A model generated the notes under the pieces. The model did no database searches, had not been told where the DNA came from, and saw nothing but the letters and a program-made list of their open reading frames with translations. This document shows, in pieces, positions 30,812 through 39,083 of a DNA stretch of 59,911 nucleotides; within the stretch, counting starts at the first letter, position 1, and each line of letters begins with the position of its first letter. This stretch comes from Patescibacteria group bacterium (GTDB taxonomy: Bacteria > Patescibacteriota > Minisyncoccia > Minisyncoccales > CAZWNE01). The DNA lies in contig JBBTTI010000029.1 in NCBI GenBank assembly GCA_038078735.1, positions 1 through 59,911 of the forward strand. The letters run 5' to 3'. Both the position numbers and the translations under genes were made by a program.

Positions 30812-30823
30812 AAATTTAGATTA

Positions 30824-30848
30824 TTAAGCGACTTCGGGAGTCACTTAA
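30824..30848. repeat. REP-like hairpin upstream of RAYT #4
   Basis: ttaagcgac-ttcggga-gtcacttaa. Direct repeat of 30053-30077. Confidence 0.65.
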
Positions 30849-30861
30849 AGCATTGCCTTAT

Positions 30862-30904
30862 TTTAACATAAAACCCGCCCCGACGCATCGTCGGACCGGG
30901 TTTT
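30862..30904 (-). terminator. Rho-independent terminator after the second pilin gene
   Basis: Minus strand: aaaacccggtccgacg-atgc-gtcggggcgggtttt, followed by atgtt. Confidence 0.65.
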
Positions 30905-30915
30905 AGTAATTATTC

Positions 30916-31374
30916 TTAGAAACCGCAAGAAGTCAAGCTCGTCGGTATGCTCGTGGTAGCAGTTGTCCCGCGATCAGAAGCAGTGAAGTAAGAACCCGCT
31001 GGATTTTCAAGAGCGGCATAAGCGCAGAAATACTGACCGGTAGGAGAATTACTCAGCTGACCATAATGTTTAGTTGGCGCCTGTGGATCGTCAACAGCCT
31101 GAAGATAAACTGTGTTAATGGCATTTTTAATCGCTGGGAGCGCGGTGGCGGTAGAGCCAGTTGATGTAGCATAGTTCTGGTCATCACCCATGACCATTGA
31201 CTGGGCAGTTACTATCTGTCTCATATCTGATTGTCTTTTGGCGTCTCTAGCTTTGCTTCTGGCTCCGCCCATAGATACCATGACGATTCCGGCCAGCATA
31301 CCGATAATGGCGATAACCACCAATAACTCAATCAAAGTGAAACCTTTTGTTTTTTTCTGAAAAAATTGCAACAT
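30916..31374 (-). CDS. type IV major pilin (PilA-like), paralog 2
   Basis: KGFTLIELLVVIAIIGMLAGIVMVSMGGARSKARDAKRQSDMRQI. C-terminal Cys pair. Confidence 0.85.
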   Translation of the reverse strand: MLQFFQKKTKGFTLIELLVVIAIIGMLAGIVMVSMGGARSKARDAKRQSDMRQIVTAQSMVMGDDQNYATSTGSTATALPAIKNAINTVYLQAVDDPQAPTKHYGQLSNSPTGQYFCAYAALENPAGSYFTASDRGTTATTSIPTSLTSCGF

Positions 31375-31450
31375 ATTAAATTTAAATTTATGATTGACAC
31401 TCGACCTTTGAATATTCTTTTTTTATTGTATCACTTTTATGATTCAACCC

Positions 31451-31900
31451 CTAATAGCCGCAAGCGGGCAAGGTCGGAGGAACAGTGGAGGTAAAAGTTC
31501 CCCGGTCAGAAGCCGTAAAATAAGTGACCGGAGAAGACGGATTCTCTAATAAAGCATAAACGCAGAATTTCTGATCTTCGCCAGCACCAGTATTGCCTAC
31601 CCAAGTATAAATTTTAGTGCCGCTATTGGTTGGGTCTTTAACACCGAGTAAATAAACATTTATCGTACTGGCAATATTGGGCATAAGTCCGGTTGCAGCA
31701 ACGTTCGTCTTATACTTTTCGTCATCACCCATAACTAATGCTTGGGCGGTTACTATCTGCCTCATATCTGATTGTCTTTTGACGTCTCTGGCTTTGCTTC
31801 TGGCTCCGCCCATAGAAACCATGACTATACTGGCCAGCATACCGATAATGGCGACAACCACCAAAAGTTCGATCAAGGTGAAACCTTTCTTCGTTTTCAT
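31451..31900 (-). CDS. type IV major pilin (PilA-like), paralog 1
   Basis: KKGFTLIELLVVVAIIGMLASIVMVSMGGARSKARDVKRQSDMRQI. C-terminal Cys pair. Confidence 0.85.
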   Translation of the reverse strand: MKTKKGFTLIELLVVVAIIGMLASIVMVSMGGARSKARDVKRQSDMRQIVTAQALVMGDDEKYKTNVAATGLMPNIASTINVYLLGVKDPTNSGTKIYTWVGNTGAGEDQKFCVYALLENPSSPVTYFTASDRGTFTSTVPPTLPACGY

Positions 31901-31939
31901 ATTTTTTAAGATATTTTATTTTATAGCATCGACCTTTTT

Positions 31940-31975
31940 ATTATACCACTTTTTAGAGTGTCAACCTGTGGATAA
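31940..31975 (-). promoter_or_regulatory. pilin promoter with an adjacent DnaA-box-like 10-mer
   Basis: Minus strand: GTTATCCACA (31976-31967), 2 nt, TTGACA (31964-31959), then an extended -10 TGgTATAAT (31948-31940). Lies in and just after the pilC 3' end. Confidence 0.5.
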
Positions 31976-31977
31976 CC

Positions 31978-33183
31978 CTAAACCCCGCCCATTTTATACA
32001 AAGGCAACAAAACCGCGCCCATCAACCCCCCGACTGCCAGCCCCAGAAAAACAATTAAAAGCGGTTCTATAATGGATAAAAAACTGTCGATTGTCTTTTC
32101 TGTTTCCTTTGTATAAAATGCCACCAAGTTAAGCAAAGTTTTATCTAGGCTGCCGGTTCTTTCCCCGACAATCGTCATCTGGGTGAAAAGCGGCGGGAAA
32201 AATTCAGGAAATTGCGACAGGACGGAAGAAATTTGTTCTCCCTTTTTCACTTCTTCCCGCGCCCTGGCAATAATTTCCTTGTAAATTGAATTCCCCAAAA
32301 TCTGCTCGCAAATTTCCAGCGATTGGGTGACAGGTATCCCTCCGGAAATCAAAGTGGAAAAATTTTCGGCAAATCGGGAAAGATAAATAATCTTTAAAAA
32401 AGAAGAAAATAATGGGACTTTTAAAATTAATCTATCAAAAAAATATTTTCCTTTCTTAGTCCGGTAGTATCTGACCGAAAATACGGCTGAACCGATGATG
32501 GCCAATAAGATTGCCAAACCCCATGTTTTAAGCAAACCGGGCAAGGCCAAAGCGATTCTGGTGACTAATGGTAATTCCTGGCCGGATTCCAATAAAACTT
32601 TAGAAAGATTAGGGATAACAAAAAGAATCATCAAAACAAAAACAGCGATAACCACTAAAAAAATAACCGCCGGGTAGGTCATAGCTCCCTTGACCTTGCC
32701 CATTAAATAATATTCTTTTTCCAGATGTTCAGCCAAATAATCCAATGAATCTGATAATTTTCCGGAAACCTCGCCGGCCCTGGCCATGGCGACATAAAAA
32801 GGAGAAAATAATTTAGGATACTTTGATATAGCCGAAGAAAAAGACGTGCCACCTTCTATCTCCTCGGAAATTTTCATAATTTTTTCCTTAAAGTCAAGAT
32901 TTTTCGTTTGGATAGCTAATGTCCTTAATGACTCCACTAAAGGAACTTTAGCATTAAACATAATTGATAACTGCCGGGAAAACATAACAACATCTTTCGC
33001 CGGAATTCTCTCAAAAAGTTTGATTTTTTTAACGAAAAGCGAAGTTTTATTCGTTTCTTCCAAGAGAGTGACGTATAGTCCGTATTTTTGCAAAAGCGAA
33101 ATAGCCACCTCTTTTCCCGAGGCCTCAATAGTTCCAACTTTAACTTCTCCCTTTTGAGTTCTCGCTTGGTAGTTGAATATCAA
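31978..33183 (-). CDS. pilC: type IV pilus platform protein (GspF/PilC family)
   Basis: Two T2SSF-like halves with three TM segments, about 400 aa. Motifs such as FSRQLSIMFNAKVPL and FENFSTLISGGIPV. Confidence 0.9.
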   Translation of the reverse strand: MIFNYQARTQKGEVKVGTIEASGKEVAISLLQKYGLYVTLLEETNKTSLFVKKIKLFERIPAKDVVMFSRQLSIMFNAKVPLVESLRTLAIQTKNLDFKEKIMKISEEIEGGTSFSSAISKYPKLFSPFYVAMARAGEVSGKLSDSLDYLAEHLEKEYYLMGKVKGAMTYPAVIFLVVIAVFVLMILFVIPNLSKVLLESGQELPLVTRIALALPGLLKTWGLAILLAIIGSAVFSVRYYRTKKGKYFFDRLILKVPLFSSFLKIIYLSRFAENFSTLISGGIPVTQSLEICEQILGNSIYKEIIARAREEVKKGEQISSVLSQFPEFFPPLFTQMTIVGERTGSLDKTLLNLVAFYTKETEKTIDSFLSIIEPLLIVFLGLAVGGLMGAVLLPLYKMGGV

Positions 33184-33193
33184 GTTTTTGATT

Positions 33194-34264
33194 TCATCTA
33201 ATTAGCATTTTGAGTTCTGATGGATTCAAAGAATAATTCAAGGCATTTTCCAAAGTAATTTCTCTTCTCTTGACTAAATCGGCGAGAGACCTGTTTAAAG
33301 AAATCATTCCGACTTCTCCCGATGTCTCAATAACTAGAGGAATCTCGTGAACCTTATTTTCCCTGATTAAATTAGCCACCGCCACGGTATTTAATAAAAC
33401 CTCACCCGCCGGAATCAACCCTCCTTTAATGCGGGGAATAAGCCGCTGGGAAAAAATTCCCAATAAAGACCCTGATAATTGGGCTCTAATTTGGCTTTGC
33501 TGTTCCGGCGGAAAAATATCAACAATCCGATGAACAGTTTGGGCCGCTGAATTAGTATGCAAAGTTGTAAAAACCAAATGGCCTGTTTCCGCCGCCGTAA
33601 TCGCCGTGGAAATAGTTTCAGGGTCCCTCATCTCGCCGACCATGATAACGTCCGGGTCTTGGCGGAAAGTAGATCTTAAGGCCCGAGGAAAATTTAAAGT
33701 ATCCTGAGATACTTCTCTTTGTTCAATAAAAGACCTGTCGTCTTTAAAAAGATACTCAATCGGATCTTCAATAGTGATAATATGATGGGCGCTGGTATGA
33801 TTAATCTCATCTATCAACGCCGCCAGCGTTGTTGATTTACCCTGGGAAGAAGGCCCAGTTATCAAAATAAAACCCTGATTAATTTTAGTCCATTCGCGTA
33901 AAATAGGCGGCAAGTTTAATTCTTCAATAGTTTTTATCTTGATCGGAATTAATCTTAGGGCGCAGGAAATCTCGCCTCTTTGAAAAAAGACGTTGACGCG
34001 AAAACGGCCCTTATCCTTAAAATTATATGAAAGATCAATTTCTTTCTCATTTTGGAACCGTTGGAACTGCTCTTCGGTCAGTAGTGTCTTGGCTATATTT
34101 TCAAGATCTTCCCTGGTTAATATTTTATATTTTAACAGAGAAACTAAACGGCCGGACAAGCGCAAAATTGGCGGACGATTAACCGAAAGATGCAAATCCG
34201 AGGCCTGTTCTTCAATTGTGGTTTCTAAAAGTTTGTCTACTAACGATTCAACTGAATTTGCCAT
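33194..34264 (-). CDS. pilT: twitching-motility retraction ATPase
   Basis: Walker A GPSSQGKSTTLAALI. Asp box and Walker B DVIMVGEMRD. His box TGHLVFTTLHTNSA. About 356 aa without a GspE N-domain. Confidence 0.9.
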   Translation of the reverse strand: MANSVESLVDKLLETTIEEQASDLHLSVNRPPILRLSGRLVSLLKYKILTREDLENIAKTLLTEEQFQRFQNEKEIDLSYNFKDKGRFRVNVFFQRGEISCALRLIPIKIKTIEELNLPPILREWTKINQGFILITGPSSQGKSTTLAALIDEINHTSAHHIITIEDPIEYLFKDDRSFIEQREVSQDTLNFPRALRSTFRQDPDVIMVGEMRDPETISTAITAAETGHLVFTTLHTNSAAQTVHRIVDIFPPEQQSQIRAQLSGSLLGIFSQRLIPRIKGGLIPAGEVLLNTVAVANLIRENKVHEIPLVIETSGEVGMISLNRSLADLVKRREITLENALNYSLNPSELKMLIR

Positions 34265-34302
34265 ATATTTTATTTTACTATTTGTGTATTTTTTTACAAC
34301 TT

Positions 34303-34926
34303 TTAAAATTTGAACGACAAAATACCAATATAAATTTTATCTTCCATTCCTTTCTCAAAAATAATTTCAACTAAGTACTTCTCCCCATTCTTAAATTCTA
34401 ATAAGACAGTAGGAACAGAAAACGGACTGACTTCTTTAGAAAATTTCCAAGCGCTTGTGAATGAAGGGTTTATTATCAAGGGCGACTCAATTTTAGTTCT
34501 TTCAATTACTACAGGGCCTGTTTTGGGAAAGTAGCGATTTTGAGGTTTATCCGAAGTAAATCCCAATAAAATATTATTATCATCGGTTTTGTCGGTTGTC
34601 CCGAGATTTTTTAAAATTAAAAAATATGGCTGATATTCTTTGGGCCAAGAAAGCTCTATTGAATCTTTGGTTTTTTTTAAAAAAATATCTACATCGCCGC
34701 TATTCCCGGTTTGAGGATCGGAAATTTTAACTTTTTCCGGGAAAATTCCTTTTTCAGCTAAAAAAGTCGTGAATCTTTCGAAAGATATCTGCTGATTCAA
34801 ATTAGTGACTGGAATAAGTATCGGCGTAACCTTTTTTTGCCAATTCCAGAAAAAATAGCCGCCAAAAAACAGCAAAATCAGTAAAACTAAATTATTAAGA
34901 GTAATTATTTTTTTAAAATCATTCAT
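34303..34926 (-). CDS. N-terminally anchored hypothetical protein
   Basis: TM segment LVLLILLFFGGYFFW. No recognisable domain. Confidence 0.45.
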   Translation of the reverse strand: MNDFKKIITLNNLVLLILLFFGGYFFWNWQKKVTPILIPVTNLNQQISFERFTTFLAEKGIFPEKVKISDPQTGNSGDVDIFLKKTKDSIELSWPKEYQPYFLILKNLGTTDKTDDNNILLGFTSDKPQNRYFPKTGPVVIERTKIESPLIINPSFTSAWKFSKEVSPFSVPTVLLEFKNGEKYLVEIIFEKGMEDKIYIGILSFKF

Positions 34927-34930
34927 AGAG

Positions 34931-35923
34931 TTATTGGCACCAAAGTTCGCTTAAAACAAGCGCCTGCTGTTGGATCGTCTTCCATGAAGAGCCGTCCCAA
35001 AAATTTAAAAACGGGCAAGCGTTAGGATTCCACGGCCAGCAGTTAGACTGAGGATAATTAAGATTATTATATTTAACCACTCCGCTAAACCCTTTTTCTT
35101 TACAATATTGAGTGGCGTTAGTCACAACCAATGTTGGGTACCCGGATACCCAACCGCTAGTTCCACTACCCGGAATAAGCACGCTTGAAAAATAATTATA
35201 TTTTTGGCAATCAGCAGTGCAATTGCCAATATTATTTAATTGATTCCCGTCATCGCAATTTTCACCAGCCTCCAAAATCCCATTCCCGCAACCGGGAAAA
35301 TTTATGCTGGGCTTTACGCATTGATAGGTTTTAGTCGGACAAGAAAGCGGGGAATAACAACTTTGATTAATGCCCTGAGTGCCGATAAGAGTTAAAGTTT
35401 CTCCGGGATTGCAAACCGGCTGGTAAGTAGTAAAATTTACCGGCGCATTGGGTACACCCCAGCTCTGAGTGGTGCCATCGCATAATCCTTTCCCCTGCAC
35501 ACTGCAGGTAGTATTCTCATAACAAACACAACCATTACACCCCCATCCTCCGCACACACCGCCCCAAAGAGAACCGCCTATAGTTATAGTTCCTGTTACC
35601 TTTCCGCTATTTGAAACATCGCTTGCGCTGTATCCCCCCAACTTCTGGCTGTTTTCAGCTTTCTCGGCATTTAAGCCCGGGCTTACACTGCCATCGCTTT
35701 TTATAGTAACACTGCCAACTATTAAGTCCTTTAGTGTTTTAATAACACCATTAACAATAAAATCGCCCTGCTTAGTCTGAGTTGTCGTGCCGACATTTAT
35801 CGGCGCGTCAACATTGTTATTCGGCGGAGTACCGGTTGGCCCGGTCCAAGCGTAGGCAACAAAACCGGCTAAGAAAAAAGAAGCGATTATTTGCGGGAGA
35901 AAAGATAAAATTTTTTTGAGCAT
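34931..35923 (-). CDS. secreted/anchored Cys-rich protein sharing its N-terminus with the 37797 ORF
   Basis: IIASFFLAGFVAYAWTGPTGTPPNNNVDAPINVG. Cys-rich repeat CGNGILEAGENCDDGN...CTADC. Many further Cys residues. Confidence 0.6.
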   Translation of the reverse strand: MLKKILSFLPQIIASFFLAGFVAYAWTGPTGTPPNNNVDAPINVGTTTQTKQGDFIVNGVIKTLKDLIVGSVTIKSDGSVSPGLNAEKAENSQKLGGYSASDVSNSGKVTGTITIGGSLWGGVCGGWGCNGCVCYENTTCSVQGKGLCDGTTQSWGVPNAPVNFTTYQPVCNPGETLTLIGTQGINQSCYSPLSCPTKTYQCVKPSINFPGCGNGILEAGENCDDGNQLNNIGNCTADCQKYNYFSSVLIPGSGTSGWVSGYPTLVVTNATQYCKEKGFSGVVKYNNLNYPQSNCWPWNPNACPFLNFWDGSSWKTIQQQALVLSELWCQ

Positions 35924-35936
35924 AATGTATTAAAAG

Positions 35937-36353
35937 TTAAACTTTAAAAACTTTCTCTAAGACAAAATCTTTAATTTTAATTGCTCTTTCAATAGCCTCC
36001 TTCGCTTCTTCAAAAGAAAATTGGGGATATTCGCCGGGATAGCGAGTAGCCACATAAAATCCAGTGAGATATTCCGCCTCCCCCATTATTTTAGCAAAAT
36101 CCGCGTCAAGTTTCTCGCATAATTTCACCAATCTGTCTAATTGATGAATTTTAGGAAAACTTTTTTCTTGATAGACTAAATACCCTTTTAAATATTTTTC
36201 GCCCATCTGTTGACTTAAAAAACAAACCGTGCTTGCTGCTCCCTCTCTGTCTTTGAGAATGTCCCGCGCCGAGAGCTCGTCATCACCAGCCTTGGCAAAC
36301 CACTCGCTGGCTAATTTTTTCTTTCCGTTTTTGTTATCTTGCTGATTTTTCAT
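35937..36353 (-). CDS. HEPN-domain protein
   Basis: About 138 aa, helical. YLKGYL...IHQLDRL...ATRYPGE is typical of PF05168-type HEPN. Overlaps the MNT gene by 20 nt. Confidence 0.75.
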   Translation of the reverse strand: MKNQQDNKNGKKKLASEWFAKAGDDELSARDILKDREGAASTVCFLSQQMGEKYLKGYLVYQEKSFPKIHQLDRLVKLCEKLDADFAKIMGEAEYLTGFYVATRYPGEYPQFSFEEAKEAIERAIKIKDFVLEKVFKV

Positions 36354-36672
36354 ATAAATATTTACCTTTTTTTATAATATCTTCAAAGAAGAAGTCGCCT
36401 AAACTCAATCTATTTTTTATCTCGCTGGGAGAATGGACTAAAATATCGGCGGCTATTTCTCCGTTAATGATTTTTCTTATTTTCTGCTGCTCCTCTAAAA
36501 AATTACCCCTGTCCTTCTTGACAATAAATAAATCCACATCACTGTCTTTAGTCGGTTTTCCCCAAGCAAAACTGCCGAAAAGTATGATTTTCTCCGGCTT
36601 GTATTTTTTGACAATCCGATTAGCTATTTTTTTTATCTCTCTTTGATGATATTTTAAAAGTTTTTCCGTCAT
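36334..36672 (-). CDS. minimal nucleotidyltransferase (MNT)
   Basis: ILFGSFAWGKPTKDSDVDLFIV (GSxxxG...DxD). Start set to MTEKLL (36672). Confidence 0.75.
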   Translation of the reverse strand: MTEKLLKYHQREIKKIANRIVKKYKPEKIILFGSFAWGKPTKDSDVDLFIVKKDRGNFLEEQQKIRKIINGEIAADILVHSPSEIKNRLSLGDFFFEDIIKKGKYLYEKSAR

Positions 36673-36709
36673 TGACCGAATTTTTATGTTAATAAAAATG
36701 AAGGTGAAA

Positions 36710-36729
36710 ATGAGGTTCACCTCATCGCC
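36710..36729 (-). repeat. GCGATGAG-type hairpin (d)
   Basis: Minus strand reads ggc-GATGAGGT-ga-ACCTCAT. Confidence 0.55.
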
Positions 36730-36740
36730 CTTTTATTCTA

Positions 36741-36772
36741 CCACAAAAAGAAAAACTCCCCAAAGAGAGTTT
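36741..36772 (-). terminator. candidate terminator after vapC
   Basis: Minus strand: aaactc-tctttggg-gagttt, followed by ttctttttgtgg. Confidence 0.45.
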
Positions 36773-36781
36773 CCCCGGCAA

Positions 36782-36804
36782 TGTTAGACGTCCGACATCT
36801 AACA
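36782..36804. repeat. TGTTAGAC-type hairpin g1
   Basis: tgttaga-cgtccgaca-tctaaca. Confidence 0.55.
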
Positions 36805-36874
36805 ATATTGCTATCTCTTATAGAATTAAAATTCTTCCCTCTGGTATTAATTTGCGGAAAAATCTTTTTGAACA

Positions 36875-37312
36875 TTAGGTTTTATTCTTGATAACTTCTT
36901 TTGGCTCTATGCGCCAATCTCCTAATTTATCAAAATCTCTGTCATAAGAAACAATTTTCACTTTTCCATCGCTGATCCCGGGAATAGATGATATTAAAGC
37001 GTCAATAAATTTGATCTGATAATCTTTATAGAATTTTACCGCTAGAATAGAATCAAAATCGTCAATAAATTTAAGATGGCTTAAGCGCGCAATAGAATCT
37101 AAACTTTTAACTGCATCTTCTTTCGTAAATTTATAAAATTTCAAAAGCGTCCAATTAATTTCGGCTAAAACTAAATTAGAAGTAACGGCTTTAATGTCTC
37201 CATTTTTAATCTTTTTCAAAAATTGGCGGCAATCTTCAAAAGTTCTTTCTTCGTCTTTCAGGAGCACCCTAAGAAAAATATTAGTGTCAACAAAATAATT
37301 ATACTCTTTCAT
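36875..37312 (-). CDS. vapC: PIN-domain toxin
   Basis: YFVDTNIFLRVL. Acidic residues are spaced as in PIN domains. Overlaps the antitoxin gene by 14 nt. Confidence 0.8.
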   Translation of the reverse strand: MKEYNYFVDTNIFLRVLLKDEERTFEDCRQFLKKIKNGDIKAVTSNLVLAEINWTLLKFYKFTKEDAVKSLDSIARLSHLKFIDDFDSILAVKFYKDYQIKFIDALISSIPGISDGKVKIVSYDRDFDKLGDWRIEPKEVIKNKT

Positions 37313-37538
37313 AGTTTTTTTCCATCGCTTCTCTCGCTCTTAAAACATTTATCTTCTTTTTGGGTTTAAACATTCCGGCCAAATCTAAAATATCCGGCGC
37401 AGACTTTATTTTAATTTCGCCTTTTATCCTCTCAAATTCAATTTCTAATTTCCTCCCTTCGTCCAATCGTAAAATATCCCTGATGTCTTTAGGAATAGTA
37501 ATTTGCCCTTTTCTAGTAATTGTCGTTTGGTAAGTCAT
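37299..37538 (-). CDS. vapB: AbrB/SpoVT-type antitoxin
   Basis: TTITRKGQITIPKDIRDILRLDEG. Confidence 0.8.
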   Translation of the reverse strand: MTYQTTITRKGQITIPKDIRDILRLDEGRKLEIEFERIKGEIKIKSAPDILDLAGMFKPKKKINVLRAREAMEKNYERV

Positions 37539-37607
37539 TTTGATTAGGTATTACTTTAATTTATAATCCTACTTTTAGTTTACTCCTTACCAAGGCGATT
37601 GTCAATA

Positions 37608-37766
37608 TCATCGCCCCAGACGAAGCTTGTCTAATTCTTCCAGTTGCCGCTCAATTTCATTGAGCGAGCCTCGCCCATCTTGGGCGGGTTTTTGGATTTG
37701 TTTTTGGGCGAGAGGCAAAACAATAAGAGAAATAATCAATACTTTTTTATTTAAAAATTTCAGCAT
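37608..37766 (-). CDS. possible 52-aa secreted peptide (below the ORF-track cutoff)
   Basis: Hand translation: MLKFLNKKVLIISLIVLPLAQKQIQKPAQDGRGSLNEIERQLEELDKLRLGR*. The N-terminus is signal-like. The same DNA holds two hairpins, so the coding status is uncertain. Confidence 0.25.
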   Translation of the reverse strand: MLKFLNKKVLIISLIVLPLAQKQIQKPAQDGRGSLNEIERQLEELDKLRLGR

Positions 37767-37796
37767 ATTTAAAAAATAAGATTAGAGAAATTTATC

Positions 37797-39080
37797 CTAC
37801 TCCATAGTAAAAATAATATTGTAAAGGGTTATGCTATCATCGCTGTTAAAGGGATTCAATTCAACTTCTACCGCATAATCTTGTCCGTATACAAGACTTG
37901 ATATATTTATACTTGGAGAATTCGGCAGAGGGTACGGAAACGAAGAATTGTAAGATTGTCCTGACTGCCAAGTATTTACAGAAGAGCCGACAAGACTCCC
38001 CGCTTTAAGCCTAAGTATTGGATCTCCAAGATAATTATGTCCACTGAAATTATTAATTCTGATTGTCCCCGTCAAACTAATTTTATTAAGCCCGAGGGTC
38101 TTTTTAAATGGCACTGAAACCACCGAAGTCCAGCCACCTTGATTATTAGCACCTACCACTCCCCGGGCCCCAAAAGAAAATCCTTTTGGCTCAAGCTCTA
38201 CTGCAACGCCACCAACTCTTGCCGTATCTATCAGAAGACCGATAGGAACGCTGTAATAAATTTTAATTCGGATACTGTCTACTTTAGCATTAGACCAGAT
38301 CGTTGGCACCCAAGATGCTATTTGGGCCTGTAGGACTATGCCAAAATCAGATGAGTTTATATCTGCTGGTAACCAAGAAACGCCCCATTTATCAATAGAG
38401 GAGCCGTAGCTCTTTATTTGGTCTGTTTGCGGCCAATATTCAGAAGTAGCTTTATTGCCCCCAGCCAGACTGCCGCCATTAAGAAGCTGCACTATCAAAT
38501 CTTTTGTGTTGCAATAATCTAAATTGGGCGACGAACAGGACGGCACAATGGTATTTGCCCGCTCAATTTCAACTTCAATACCATCTATAACAGCATTTGA
38601 AGGAATTGAAAAACCAAAATTGGCGGCTTTTAAATAATGAGTGGAGGCAAAACCATTTGAATCGGCGATTGTTGATGCCACAGCGCTGGAATCATCGCTT
38701 GTTTTAGCATATAAAGGATTACTCCAGAGAATCCCTGTTGGGGGAGTTTGATCTACTACTGAGTTTGGATTTTTAAAAATATCAAAAGAATCAAAATCTC
38801 CCTCGGTTTTAACCACAAATTTCCCTCCGCCGACATCCAGCTGGCCTTGCGGATTTGTTGTGCCGATTCCCACCTTGCCGTCAAAGATGGCGTCGGAAAA
38901 AGCATGGAAAAGACCGCCCAAGCCGAAAGCGCCGGATTTATATTGAGAAGTATCTCCGACATTGATCGGCGCGTCTACATTGTTATTCGGCGGAGTGCCG
39001 GCTGGCCCTGTCCAGGCATAAACCACAAAACCGGCTAAGAAAAGAGATGCGATAATTTGCGGAATAATTTTTTTGAGCAT
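37797..39080 (-). CDS. secreted/anchored protein, paralog of the 34931 ORF in its N-terminus, with a tail-fibre-like GIGTTNP motif
   Basis: IIASLFLAGFVVYAWTGPAGTPPNNNVDAPINVG, then GKVGIGTTNPQGQLDVGG. The C-terminal 330 aa are unrelated to the 34931 ORF. Confidence 0.6.
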   Translation of the reverse strand: MLKKIIPQIIASLFLAGFVVYAWTGPAGTPPNNNVDAPINVGDTSQYKSGAFGLGGLFHAFSDAIFDGKVGIGTTNPQGQLDVGGGKFVVKTEGDFDSFDIFKNPNSVVDQTPPTGILWSNPLYAKTSDDSSAVASTIADSNGFASTHYLKAANFGFSIPSNAVIDGIEVEIERANTIVPSCSSPNLDYCNTKDLIVQLLNGGSLAGGNKATSEYWPQTDQIKSYGSSIDKWGVSWLPADINSSDFGIVLQAQIASWVPTIWSNAKVDSIRIKIYYSVPIGLLIDTARVGGVAVELEPKGFSFGARGVVGANNQGGWTSVVSVPFKKTLGLNKISLTGTIRINNFSGHNYLGDPILRLKAGSLVGSSVNTWQSGQSYNSSFPYPLPNSPSINISSLVYGQDYAVEVELNPFNSDDSITLYNIIFTME

Positions 39081-39083
39081 AGA

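Noticed and set aside
34931-39080. Prophage remnant (tail-fibre-like GIGTTNP motif, TA modules)
   Set aside because: No capsid, portal, terminase, integrase or tail genes are present. The genes sit inside a pilus operon and carry membrane-anchor N-termini.
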